This document shows, piece after piece, positions 18,948 to 27,251 of a stretch of 64,000 bases of DNA; the stretch's first letter is position 1, and the number at the start of each line of letters is the position of its first letter. This DNA comes from Minisyncoccia bacterium. GTDB lineage: Bacteria; Patescibacteriota; Minisyncoccia; Phycocordibacterales; UBA918. A program made the position numbers and the translations under genes. The stretch spans positions 19,128-83,127 of the forward strand of contig JBGSJJ010000016.1 of assembly GCA_041742075.1 (NCBI GenBank), given 5' to 3'. Below the pieces are notes generated by a model. It was not told the DNA's origin. It searched no databases and saw only the letters and a program-made list of their open reading frames with translations.

Positions 18948-19274
18948 ATGGAATTTCTGCGGAATACTGAGTGGAACGTCGACAATGTTCTCGGATACGG
19001 GGGCCTGTTGCTTGGGGCGCTTGTGCTACTGGTGTGGGTTGTTCAAGTGAGTCTGAACACCTATATCATCTACAAACTTCCTAAAACGAAAACCTGCTCG
19101 TGTGGGAAGTATCTGTCAGCAAGCTGGATTCAAATTAGACTTAACCGCCCTTATCTAGAGTGTCCTTGCGGAAACGCCGGCTACCGAAATGAACGCGAAG
19201 GAGTCCTCACCGGCTCCGCCTGGCATGACGTCAAGCAGAAGAATCAGCCGGCTCGAAGCGGGTTCCCGGGGTAG
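18948..19274 (+). CDS. Small membrane protein with CxC...CxC zinc-ribbon-like Cys pairs.
   Basis: GAAAGGA RBS. One TM segment. 'CSCGK...ECPCGN'. Confidence 0.4.
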   Translation: MEFLRNTEWNVDNVLGYGGLLLGALVLLVWVVQVSLNTYIIYKLPKTKTCSCGKYLSASWIQIRLNRPYLECPCGNAGYRNEREGVLTGSAWHDVKQKNQPARSGFPG

Positions 19275-19293
19275 GAACTCTACCAACTTAAGC

Positions 19294-19330
19294 AGTCGTC
19301 GCGACACTCTCGCGGCGGCTATTTTTTATA
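19294..19330 (+). terminator. Putative intrinsic terminator.
   Basis: GC-rich imperfect hairpin CGTCGCGA...TCGCGGCG followed by TATTTTTTAT. Confidence 0.4.
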
Positions 19331-19477
19331 CAAATAAATATAAGGTCAGAGTATTTGGATGCAAAAAGGTGGAAAGGAGAGGATACATTCATGCACCCTC
19401 TCCTTCCTTGTTGTAAGAACTGTTACTTATAAAGAACTACTGTGTGTCACGCGCGAGCTACGTAGGCCCGCGTGCGA

Positions 19478-20767
19478 TTAATTCTTGCGCTTCCGATCAG
19501 AACGGTTGAGATTAGCCATATCTCTTCCGGTGTTACCCATCATCCGATCAATCGCTTTACGCCGATCGTTGATGTCGCTTTCGCGTGCCCAGGCAGGATT
19601 CTGTCCAGCGAGAAGCGCGTCACGCTCTTTTGGTCCGAACTGCATCTGCGGACGAGGTGTCGGGATAGTACTGGGGGCGCGCATGTCGATTTCCTCGCCA
19701 GCTCTTGGCTCGGTGAGTCGATAGATGCTCGTAGTCACGACAAGCGAACCGCCTGTCGCAATCGAGTCTTTCACGATCCCAGGCAGAAAGTTCACAACAG
19801 GAACTTTATCCAGGCCATTTCTGATGACTCGGAACGCGACCGTACCAGCGGTTACTGAAAGTGGAATGCGCTTCGACAGTTCTCGTCCATAGCCGTCGAA
19901 GGTACCCTTTTCTCCCGTTTCTACGACCGGCATATTGTCCGGCCGAGGTTTTGGACGGTCAATGATTTCAGGTCCCCCCACGTAGTAGTCGCCGAGAAAT
20001 GCCTTACGTGGGAGTGGTCTCGGTACGCTATCGATCGTGGCTTGACTGGTGGGTCGTGGTCGAGGACCGCCGGCCGAAAGGACATCGGACAAGTATCGGT
20101 CTACCTCACCAGCTAGCTCCGGAGACCAACTAACGTTTCTGAAGGAACTAACTGGTCTGGCCAAGGGACCATTACCCCCGTCTGACACGACCGGACGAGA
20201 ACGTGGACCATTACCCTCGTCGGTTAAACGGGGTAGGTCTGCCGGACGAGCCATTGGTCCATCGTCACCATCACCAAACGAAAGTAACGGCAGGTTGTCC
20301 GGCCGTGGCATTGGCCCTCCTGCTGACAAGTCACGGTCAGCTTGAGCGGTATTCACTAGATAGTCGGCGATGTCGTTTTTGAGCCCGGCCGGTAGGCCGT
20401 TCGAGTTGTCGCTTCCTAAAGCGCCCGAGTAGCTCAAGTCCGGCAGGTTGTCCGGCCGTGGCATTGGCCCACCAACACCGCTCAGACCCAATCTGGGACC
20501 GTTCGAGTTGTCGGCTCCTGAAGCCCCAGAGTAGTGATTGTCGGGGCGCGGTTCTGGTGGGTCAGAGTATTGGACTGCTCCGGAGTTGGTTTCAGAGTTG
20601 TCGGCTCCTGAAGCCCCAGAGTAGTGATTGTCGGGGCGCGGTTCTGGTGGGTCAGAGTATTGGACTGCCCCACCTTGGGCGAACGCTGGGCTGTAGATTA
20701 AGTCCGGCGTGAGCATGCTTGCAATCAAAACTGCGATCGCAAGTATGAGAGGTAATCTTAGTCTCAT
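19478..20767 (-). CDS. Secreted proline-rich repeat protein (429 aa) with multiple 'PRPDN(L/M)P' motifs and an internal 30-aa tandem duplication.
   Basis: Signal peptide 'MRLRLPLILAIAVLIASM...AFAQG'. A 90-bp unit is repeated at 20504-20667. Higher GC than core genes. Confidence 0.6.
   Translation of the reverse strand: MRLRLPLILAIAVLIASMLTPDLIYSPAFAQGGAVQYSDPPEPRPDNHYSGASGADNSETNSGAVQYSDPPEPRPDNHYSGASGADNSNGPRLGLSGVGGPMPRPDNLPDLSYSGALGSDNSNGLPAGLKNDIADYLVNTAQADRDLSAGGPMPRPDNLPLLSFGDGDDGPMARPADLPRLTDEGNGPRSRPVVSDGGNGPLARPVSSFRNVSWSPELAGEVDRYLSDVLSAGGPRPRPTSQATIDSVPRPLPRKAFLGDYYVGGPEIIDRPKPRPDNMPVVETGEKGTFDGYGRELSKRIPLSVTAGTVAFRVIRNGLDKVPVVNFLPGIVKDSIATGGSLVVTTSIYRLTEPRAGEEIDMRAPSTIPTPRPQMQFGPKERDALLAGQNPAWARESDINDRRKAIDRMMGNTGRDMANLNRSDRKRKN
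20504..20667. repeat. In-frame 90-bp tandem repeat, about 1.8 copies, inside the proline-rich protein gene.
   Basis: An exact 74-nt core is repeated with 90-nt period. Confidence 0.8.
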
Positions 20768-21129
20768 GCGTCTTCCCTTTCTAGTGCGCCTACAAGGCGC
20801 TGAGCTTACTGTTCAGTAGACCAGTCGTTGATTGAACACTTGACCGCTCTACGTGCTTTCATGCTCAGAATTCTTCAACTCTCCTTCTTGTTTGTGTAGC
20901 GGTAGATTTCATTTGATTGAATCCACCTTTTTATTTCCAAATTATTGTCAAAGGACTGATGAGTCTTTTACTTCTACAAACCGAGCGTAAACTTTGGTTA
21001 TAACTATAGATGTTTCGAGACTACGAGGACTAAAAATTCTTTGACACTATAGCCTAATTTATTAAAAAAGGTCTGACTATTTAGGTTTTAGGACAGTTTT
21101 GCAAAGGCGTCAAAAGTGTGTTCGTATAT

Positions 21130-21166
21130 AAAAAAAAGGGGGGGGGCGATTGCTCGCTCCCCCGTT
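21130..21166 (-). terminator. Intrinsic terminator containing an A8-G9 homopolymer junction.
   Basis: Minus strand reads GGGGGAGCG-AGCAAT-CGCCCCCCC followed by T8. It lies 4 nt downstream of the 21170 stop. Confidence 0.6.
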
Positions 21167-21169
21167 TCG

Positions 21170-21403
21170 TCAGTTTTCGTTCGGTTCGGTGATGATGGTG
21201 AAATCCTTCGGTCGGGGCCTCGGTCTGCCCGGCAGCCACGTCGCACAGACGTACGGTGCGTCTTCTTCGAGGCGATTTGGGTCTTCTAGCTCCGCCGTGA
21301 AGACCTTTTCCGAATTCGGACAGGCTTCGTCCGCCCAGCTGTAGCTGGCCGTCATGGCGGTGAACGCCAATATGGCCAGTCCCACGTAGCTCGCTCTTTG
21401 CAT
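21170..21403 (-). CDS. Small secreted protein (77 aa) with a 'GRPRPRPKD' motif.
   Basis: Signal peptide 'LAILAFTAMTASYSWA'. Shares the PRPRP motif with its neighbour 19478..20767. Confidence 0.5.
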   Translation of the reverse strand: MQRASYVGLAILAFTAMTASYSWADEACPNSEKVFTAELEDPNRLEEDAPYVCATWLPGRPRPRPKDFTIITEPNEN

Positions 21404-21476
21404 TGTGGTAGTCCTTCGGTTGCTAAAACTAGTGGTACCGTACCGTATAGAAAATATTTTGTCAACAACGTCAGTA

Positions 21477-21528
21477 TAAAAAAAGAGGCGCGCTCAGGAG
21501 GGACTGGTGTCCCGCCTTTGCGCGCCTC
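21477..21528 (-). terminator. Intrinsic terminator (complex hairpin).
   Basis: GAGGCGCGC...GCGCGCCTC stem with an inner GGGAC/GTCCC hairpin. T-run on the minus strand. Confidence 0.5.
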
Positions 21529-21549
21529 GCTTTGCCGGGCGTTCTTGCC

Positions 21550-22062
21550 CTAGTTGTGGTAGCCCTGGTTCCTGAGGAGCGTGCTCAGATCCCTCTTCAG
21601 TTCGTTCGGGACCGACAGCTGTCTCGGCGGGAGATTCCGACTGGATGGGGTGACGCCACCTCTGATGTCCATCCGGTTGTCGATTCGGTTGGTGGTTTGC
21701 GGTTTGACGTCGAAGTGGTATTCCGTGCCGTCCTGCGACTCGGCAGTGATTTTTCCTCCCCAAATGTTCACGGCCGTAAGGGAAAGGTTTTCCGCGAAAT
21801 CAAGGAGTCTGCCACCGCGCGTCTTACTGACTCCGGTAATCTGCGTGTCGTAATAGCGTGAACCTTTTTCCTTGAATTGAGCGTCGAAGTAGGTCGTCCC
21901 TTCCCCGCTGTTGTAGGAAAACGTGAACGACTCGTAGACCGTTCCGTCAGCGGTCACGTGTTCCTCGACCTCGACTTGAGGTCCTTTTTTCTCGCACCCA
22001 GCGAATAGGCTGAGGCCGACGCCACCGACACTGAGTCGAATAAATCCACGTCTGTTCATCAC
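21550..22062 (-). CDS. Tat-type lipoprotein (170 aa), function unknown.
   Basis: 'MMNRRGFIRLSVGGVGLSLFAGC': twin-arginine motif plus an LFAGC lipobox. About 56% GC. Confidence 0.55.
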   Translation of the reverse strand: MMNRRGFIRLSVGGVGLSLFAGCEKKGPQVEVEEHVTADGTVYESFTFSYNSGEGTTYFDAQFKEKGSRYYDTQITGVSKTRGGRLLDFAENLSLTAVNIWGGKITAESQDGTEYHFDVKPQTTNRIDNRMDIRGGVTPSSRNLPPRQLSVPNELKRDLSTLLRNQGYHN

Positions 22063-22151
22063 GTTCTCCTCTTGGATGAGTCTCCACTCTTGATGGGCGG
22101 AGGTTAAGATCAGTTGAACAAGGTAACGACACTTTCATACCATATATTTAT

Positions 22152-22186
22152 AAAAAAAGCAAGGCCCCCGGAGTGTTCCGAGGGCC
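22152..22186 (-). terminator. Intrinsic terminator.
   Basis: Minus strand reads GGCCCTCGGAACACTCCGGGGGCC followed by TTGCTTTTTTT. Confidence 0.6.
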
Positions 22187-22204
22187 AGGGTTAGATTGTA
22201 TCGA

Positions 22205-22843
22205 TTAGCTTCCGAGTCGTGCGTTGAACTCCTTCTGGATTTGGATAAAGGTGTTTGAGCCACTTGCACTGCCCCACTCGGTGGCGGAGTAGGCCAGGTA
22301 TCCGTTACGTTTGGCCTCGTCCTTATCGACTTCGATTCCGAAGCCAGCTTCCCCGACGCGCGCCATGCCGACACTGGCTTTGTCGCCCATGGCGGTCAGT
22401 CCGGTCATATCGGTAACGCTCGCTTCTAGTTGGAACCGACGGTCGGGATTGCCATTTCGAGGCTGTTCGTACCGGGTCAAGAAGGCCATCTGGTCACCTG
22501 AGAACAGCGAAGCTTCGCCGTTACGCGCTCGGGCCTCTCGACTAGCACCCATCACCATCGCCAGCTGTGCGGTGAACTTGGTCGGTTTATCCCTGCCAGT
22601 GAAGGCACTGGTATTGTTTTCGAAAGCCACGCTGCTCTCGTTCCTGAACAGCTTACCGGCGTGATCGAGAAGCTCGCTCCCGGCGCTCCCTCCCATAGTG
22701 AACTTGATTTCCCGCATTTCCATGGGCTTATGGAGCGGAGCGAACTGCACCTGCGCCGAGGCGCCGGTGGCGAAGAAAGCGAGGGTGGCGAGCAGTGCCA
22801 GTTGTGCCAGTCTGTGGCCGGCTTGCGTAAAGAACTTTATCAT
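22205..22843 (-). CDS. Secreted hypothetical protein (212 aa).
   Basis: GGAGGGG SD lies 4 nt before the ATG at 22843. Signal peptide '...FFATGASAQ'. The track ORF extends to 22948. Confidence 0.5.
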   Translation of the reverse strand: MIKFFTQAGHRLAQLALLATLAFFATGASAQVQFAPLHKPMEMREIKFTMGGSAGSELLDHAGKLFRNESSVAFENNTSAFTGRDKPTKFTAQLAMVMGASREARARNGEASLFSGDQMAFLTRYEQPRNGNPDRRFQLEASVTDMTGLTAMGDKASVGMARVGEAGFGIEVDKDEAKRNGYLAYSATEWGSASGSNTFIQIQKEFNARLGS

Positions 22844-23031
22844 CTTTCCCCTCCAAGGGTGAGATTTACTACCGCAAAAGTCATCTCCTGCGGTGCCATA
22901 GTTCTTGCTTGGCGTTCTTAACCTACCTTCTTGAGCGGAGTGACGCAACCTTGACAGAGAGTATTCTTATTGTATTTTACTAGCTTCAAACTTACATTGA
23001 AACACTAATTGTCGAGCAAAATCAATGAAAG

Positions 23032-24465
23032 TTAGAGCTGTTCAATATACCTAACGAGCAAACGCACCGGTTCACCGGTTGAACCTTTAGCGAGTTTATC
23101 TGCCGGGACACTGTCCATACGGGGAGCGATGTCGATGTGGGCGAAGGGTACGTCTTTTGGAGCGAAGTGTGAGAGAAAAGTTCCGCCTTCAATTGCGCCA
23201 CCATACTTCGCAAAATTAGTAGCGATATTACTAATGTCAGCGCGGTTACTCTTCAGGGCTGTTTTATATTCATCCCAGAGTGGTAGTGGCCACAGAAAAT
23301 CGCCTGAGGCTACCCCCGCTTCCATGAGTTCGGCTGACAGATTATAATCCTTAGTCATAACAGCGCTCGCGTATTGTCCAAGTGCGACAAGAGCTGCTCC
23401 AGTTAACGTGGCCACGTCGATGATAGTCTTTGGGTAGTATCGTGCGCTATAGGTAAGGGCATCAGCCAAAATCATTCGACCTTCCGCGTCAGTATGGAGC
23501 ACCTCGATAGTAGTACCGCTCATGGAGGTCACAATGTCGCCTGCCCGCATAGCAGTGTCTGAGATAGCGTTTTCAGCTGAAGGTACTAAGGCAATGATGT
23601 TTTGCTTCACCCCGAGTTTGGCTAGGCACATGATAGTTGCGAGCACACTTGATCCACCTGACATATCGAGATGCATGTCGTGCATCGAGCCAGCCGGCTT
23701 TACGTTGAGTCCACCGGTGTCATACGTGACGCCTTTCCCGATAAGTACAATCGGCTGTTTCTTCTTGTCTACTTTCGTTCCGGTTGGCTTGCCAGCACCG
23801 TAGTATTCGGCCACAATAAATTTAGTTTCACTTTTAGTCCCCTGCCCGACTGCCAAAAGAGCACCCATCTTAAGTTTTTTAAGTTCACTCTCACCTAGCA
23901 CTTTTACACTGACGGGAAGTCCCTTCGCTAAAGCTTGCGCTGACCTCCCGAGGTCAGTTGGGGTCATATCGCACCCTGGTGTATTCGCGATATCGCGCGC
24001 TTTGTTTACGTACGTAGCCACCGTTTCGCCATGTTTGATTCCCGCTAAGGCCTCTTTCCCATCGACATGACACACCAGTACTTCTGTTAGACTTTTCTTT
24101 TTCTCAACTTTTGATTTATACGTTGTGTATTCGTAACTAGCCAACAGCAGGTTTTCGGTGAGCGTAGAATAAAACCAAGCTGTATCATTGGTGGCAAATT
24201 GCTCCGGATGTACGTCGATAGCGAGGTGCTCAATTTCGTAGGATTTAGCTACCTGCACGATACTTCTAATGAGCGTTTGCAGGTCACGCGTATACGCATG
24301 AGCAGTAGCTAGTTTCCACTTTGTACCCCGACCAAAGCGGAGTTCGGTGGTTTTGTCACTGTTTTCAACCAAGCGGTGCCAGCTTGATGCTTGGTCGGTG
24401 AATACTAAACGGGTGTACTTTGGGAGAACGTCAGAGAGAGGCTTCTTGGTGGTGGTGATTTTTAA
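23032..24465 (-). CDS. pepA: Leucyl aminopeptidase (M17).
   Basis: 'VGKGVTYDTGGLNVKP', 'MHDMHLDMSGG' and 'NTDAEGR' are M17 signature motifs. The start is tentatively at 24465. Confidence 0.85.
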   Translation of the reverse strand, partial: LKITTTKKPLSDVLPKYTRLVFTDQASSWHRLVENSDKTTELRFGRGTKWKLATAHAYTRDLQTLIRSIVQVAKSYEIEHLAIDVHPEQFATNDTAWFYSTLTENLLLASYEYTTYKSKVEKKKSLTEVLVCHVDGKEALAGIKHGETVATYVNKARDIANTPGCDMTPTDLGRSAQALAKGLPVSVKVLGESELKKLKMGALLAVGQGTKSETKFIVAEYYGAGKPTGTKVDKKKQPIVLIGKGVTYDTGGLNVKPAGSMHDMHLDMSGGSSVLATIMCLAKLGVKQNIIALVPSAENAISDTAMRAGDIVTSMSGTTIEVLHTDAEGRMILADALTYSARYYPKTIIDVATLTGAALVALGQYASAVMTKDYNLSAELMEAGVASGDFLWPLPLWDEYKTALKSNRADISNIATNFAKYGGAIEGGTFLSHFAPKDVPFAHIDIAPRMDSVPADKLAKGSTGEPVRLLVRYIEQL

Positions 24466-24551
24466 CATAATAAAAGAAGTATAGCAGAAATGAAATCTGC
24501 CCAGAAACCTTCGGTTTCTGGGCAGATTCATCTAGTACGTGTTTTGGCAGT

Positions 24552-25913
24552 TTAGAGTTCGGCCTCGTCACTACTTTCTTTGGAGGTTAAGGTGTCGATG
24601 CGGTTGATGTCGCGAGGGAAAAGCGTGGCTTCTTTGACGTTTGTGATACCACAGAACTTCTGCGTTAAGCGCTCAAGACCCATCCCCCACCCTCCGTGTG
24701 GTGGCATGCCGTAGGAAAAGGCTTGGAGGTAAAATGAGAATTGCTCGGGGTTTAAACCTTTTGCTTTAATGCGCTCTATCAACTCAGCTTTATGGTGGAC
24801 ACGTTGACCACCGGTCGTTATTTCGACACCACGGAAGAGGAGGTCAAAGCTCTTCGTGAAGCCAGGGTCGGCTTCGTCTTCGTAAGTATAGAAAGGCCGT
24901 TTTGAAACTGGGTAGTGTGTAATGAAGATGAAGTCACTACTGAGCTCCGACTTCGCATACTCACACAGCCACCGTTCGTCTTCCGGCTCGAGGTCGGGTT
25001 CATTGGTCTTATCTACACCAGTTTTATCTTTAATAAGTGCTTGCGCTTCCCGTAGCTTCATATGAGGAAACAAGAACTCGTCGGTACCAGTCTCCGGAAG
25101 TTCCACTTTGAGTATCGTGAGTTCGCTTTCACACGTCTCCTTGAGGTGAAGCACAGTAGCTCGCATAAGTGCGGTTTCCATCCGCATGATGTCAGTGTGG
25201 TCAGTAATAAAGCCCATCTCAGCATCAAGTGAGGTGTATTCACTTAAATGTCTCGTGGTAGCGCTTTTCTCAGCTCGAAAGGCGGTTGCAAAAGAAAAGA
25301 CGCGTTCAAAACTGCCGACCATAATTTGCTTATAAAACTGAGGACTGGAAGCTAGATAGGCAGTTTTCTTTTTGAAGTATGGTACCGCAAACACCGCTGC
25401 TCCACCTTCAGCATCCCCGCCGACGAGTTTTGGAGCTTGGAACTCGGTAAAATCTTGACTGCGGAGAAATCTTCCATACGCGTTTACGATTTCACTTTGA
25501 ATTTTGAAAATTGCTCGTTCGCGCTCAGTCCGAAGTGTCAGTGGTCGATAATCAAGAAGAGTTTCAAGGTTGAGGTCAGTCTCTAAGTCAAACGGCATGC
25601 TTTCCGCTTCGCTAAGAACTTCAATTGCTGTAATCTCAAGTTCGATATCTCCGTTTTGTACACCTTCCTTACGCATTTTTTCGGGACGCTCATTTACCAC
25701 TCCGGTTACACTTACGACATACTCTTGTTTAAGTGTCTTAGCCACTTCCAGTACCTCTGGCTTACCAAAGACGACACCTTGCACTTTGCCCGAGCGGTCA
25801 CGGAAGTCAAAGAAGGCCAATTTTCCTTGGTCGCGCGCTACGTCAACCCAGCCACTAATAGTAACGCTCGCGCCAACGTGTTTCTTGAGGTCAGTAATAA
25901 TTGTTCGTGACAT
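24552..25913 (-). CDS. aspS: Aspartyl-tRNA synthetase, archaeal/eukaryal-type short class IIb (possibly non-discriminating).
   Basis: N-terminal OB fold. 'FRAEKSATTRHLSEYTSLDAEMGF' is class II motif 2 in the AspRS form (LDxEM, not the MVExE of AsnRS). Motif 3 'GGWGMGLERL'. Confidence 0.75.
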   Translation of the reverse strand: MSRTIITDLKKHVGASVTISGWVDVARDQGKLAFFDFRDRSGKVQGVVFGKPEVLEVAKTLKQEYVVSVTGVVNERPEKMRKEGVQNGDIELEITAIEVLSEAESMPFDLETDLNLETLLDYRPLTLRTERERAIFKIQSEIVNAYGRFLRSQDFTEFQAPKLVGGDAEGGAAVFAVPYFKKKTAYLASSPQFYKQIMVGSFERVFSFATAFRAEKSATTRHLSEYTSLDAEMGFITDHTDIMRMETALMRATVLHLKETCESELTILKVELPETGTDEFLFPHMKLREAQALIKDKTGVDKTNEPDLEPEDERWLCEYAKSELSSDFIFITHYPVSKRPFYTYEDEADPGFTKSFDLLFRGVEITTGGQRVHHKAELIERIKAKGLNPEQFSFYLQAFSYGMPPHGGWGMGLERLTQKFCGITNVKEATLFPRDINRIDTLTSKESSDEAEL

Positions 25914-25932
25914 ACCGTTATAATTACAATTT

Positions 25933-26244
25933 TTAACTAGTCACTTTTTCTTCAATGAGAATAAAAGTTTCCTTCATGGCGTTTGAACCCAACGTGACGG
26001 TACAAAAATCACCGAAATCTTCTTGTAGCTGCGCTTCTAAAGTATTTTTTAAGTCAACATGATCAAGCCTGCGACCCTCCAGCATAATTTTGCTGTCTTC
26101 TTCTTCAATACCCGTAACATTGATTCTGATACCAAGTTCATCCATAAATGCCCGGTCTGGTTCCTCTCTAAAGAGATCAAGCATGTACGTATAAACCCGT
26201 TGCATAGATGGCTGTTCATGTGTTGAAGGAAATTCTTGACTCAT
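25933..26244 (-). CDS. Hypothetical protein (103 aa).
   Basis: Intact ORF between aspS and trpS. No motif. Confidence 0.4.
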   Translation of the reverse strand: MSQEFPSTHEQPSMQRVYTYMLDLFREEPDRAFMDELGIRINVTGIEEEDSKIMLEGRRLDHVDLKNTLEAQLQEDFGDFCTVTLGSNAMKETFILIEEKVTS

Positions 26245-26262
26245 AGAAAATATCTTAAATGA

Positions 26263-27213
26263 TTATAAATTGATACCGATAACATCGCGTACCTGCTTCA
26301 TGGTTGTGTTTGAAATTGCTTGGGCTTTTTCTGCACCACTTTTTAGCACACTACGCACGACCTCATCAGTAATACTTGCTCGTTTGTCGCGCATCTCACT
26401 CACAAATATATCGATATCGTGGGTAAGGGCGTCTTTGAGGGCTTTGTATTTTCCAGATTGTTCTGTATAGAGCGGTTCGAGTTCAGACTCAGACTTAAAT
26501 AGTTTGTGAATTGCGTACACGTTTTCTGGATGCTGTCCGGATGAGTCAGTCACGATACTCATGACTGCTTTTTGAATGTCGTCTTTGGTACCAAACAGTG
26601 GAATGGTGTTTTTGTAGCTCTTACTCATCTTCTGACCATCTGTGCCAGGCACAACACCAACAGTCTTCTCTATGAGTTCTTTTGGTTCTTTAAGAGTGTT
26701 TCCGTAGGCTAGGTTGAACTTATTGGCTGCCTCCCTGGTGTACTCAAGGTGTTGGCGCTGGTCTTCCCCGACTGGGACGACGTCAGCGTTATAGAGGAGA
26801 ATGTCTGAGGCCATCAGCATCGGGTAGGTAAAGAGTCCCGCGTTGGCTTCAAGACCTTTTGCCACCTTGTCTTTATAGGCATGTCCAAGTTCGAGAAACT
26901 TAACCGTTACTAAGCAGTTAAGTATCCACGCGAGTTCTGTGTGGTCAGGGTTGTCTGACTGACGGAAAATAGTGATGGTATCTGGATTAAAGCCAGCCGC
27001 TAGGTAGTCGCGTACGATGTTTAACGTATTGGTACGTAGGTCTTCCCCACTCCGGACTGAAGTAAGAGCATGATAGTCGGCTACCATGAGCATGGTGTCA
27101 TAGTTTTTTGTGAGGTCCCTAAGGGGGAGCATGGCGCCAAAGTAGTTACCAATATGGAGCGTGCCCGAGGGCTGTAGTCCAGTAAATGCACGCAATTTTT
27201 TAGCTTCTTCCAT
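26263..27213 (-). CDS. trpS: Tryptophanyl-tRNA synthetase.
   Basis: 'FTGLQPSGTLHIGNYFGA' (HIGH region) and 'KMSKS'. Confidence 0.9.
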   Translation of the reverse strand: MEEAKKLRAFTGLQPSGTLHIGNYFGAMLPLRDLTKNYDTMLMVADYHALTSVRSGEDLRTNTLNIVRDYLAAGFNPDTITIFRQSDNPDHTELAWILNCLVTVKFLELGHAYKDKVAKGLEANAGLFTYPMLMASDILLYNADVVPVGEDQRQHLEYTREAANKFNLAYGNTLKEPKELIEKTVGVVPGTDGQKMSKSYKNTIPLFGTKDDIQKAVMSIVTDSSGQHPENVYAIHKLFKSESELEPLYTEQSGKYKALKDALTHDIDIFVSEMRDKRASITDEVVRSVLKSGAEKAQAISNTTMKQVRDVIGINL

Positions 27214-27251
27214 AGGCTAGAATAGTAGCAAAAAAGTACTTCTTTCGCTAC

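Noticed and set aside
20504-20667. A 90-bp tandem repeat as a possible CRISPR or satellite.
   Set aside because: The repeat is in-frame inside a signal-peptide-bearing ORF and corresponds to a duplicated 30-aa protein segment.
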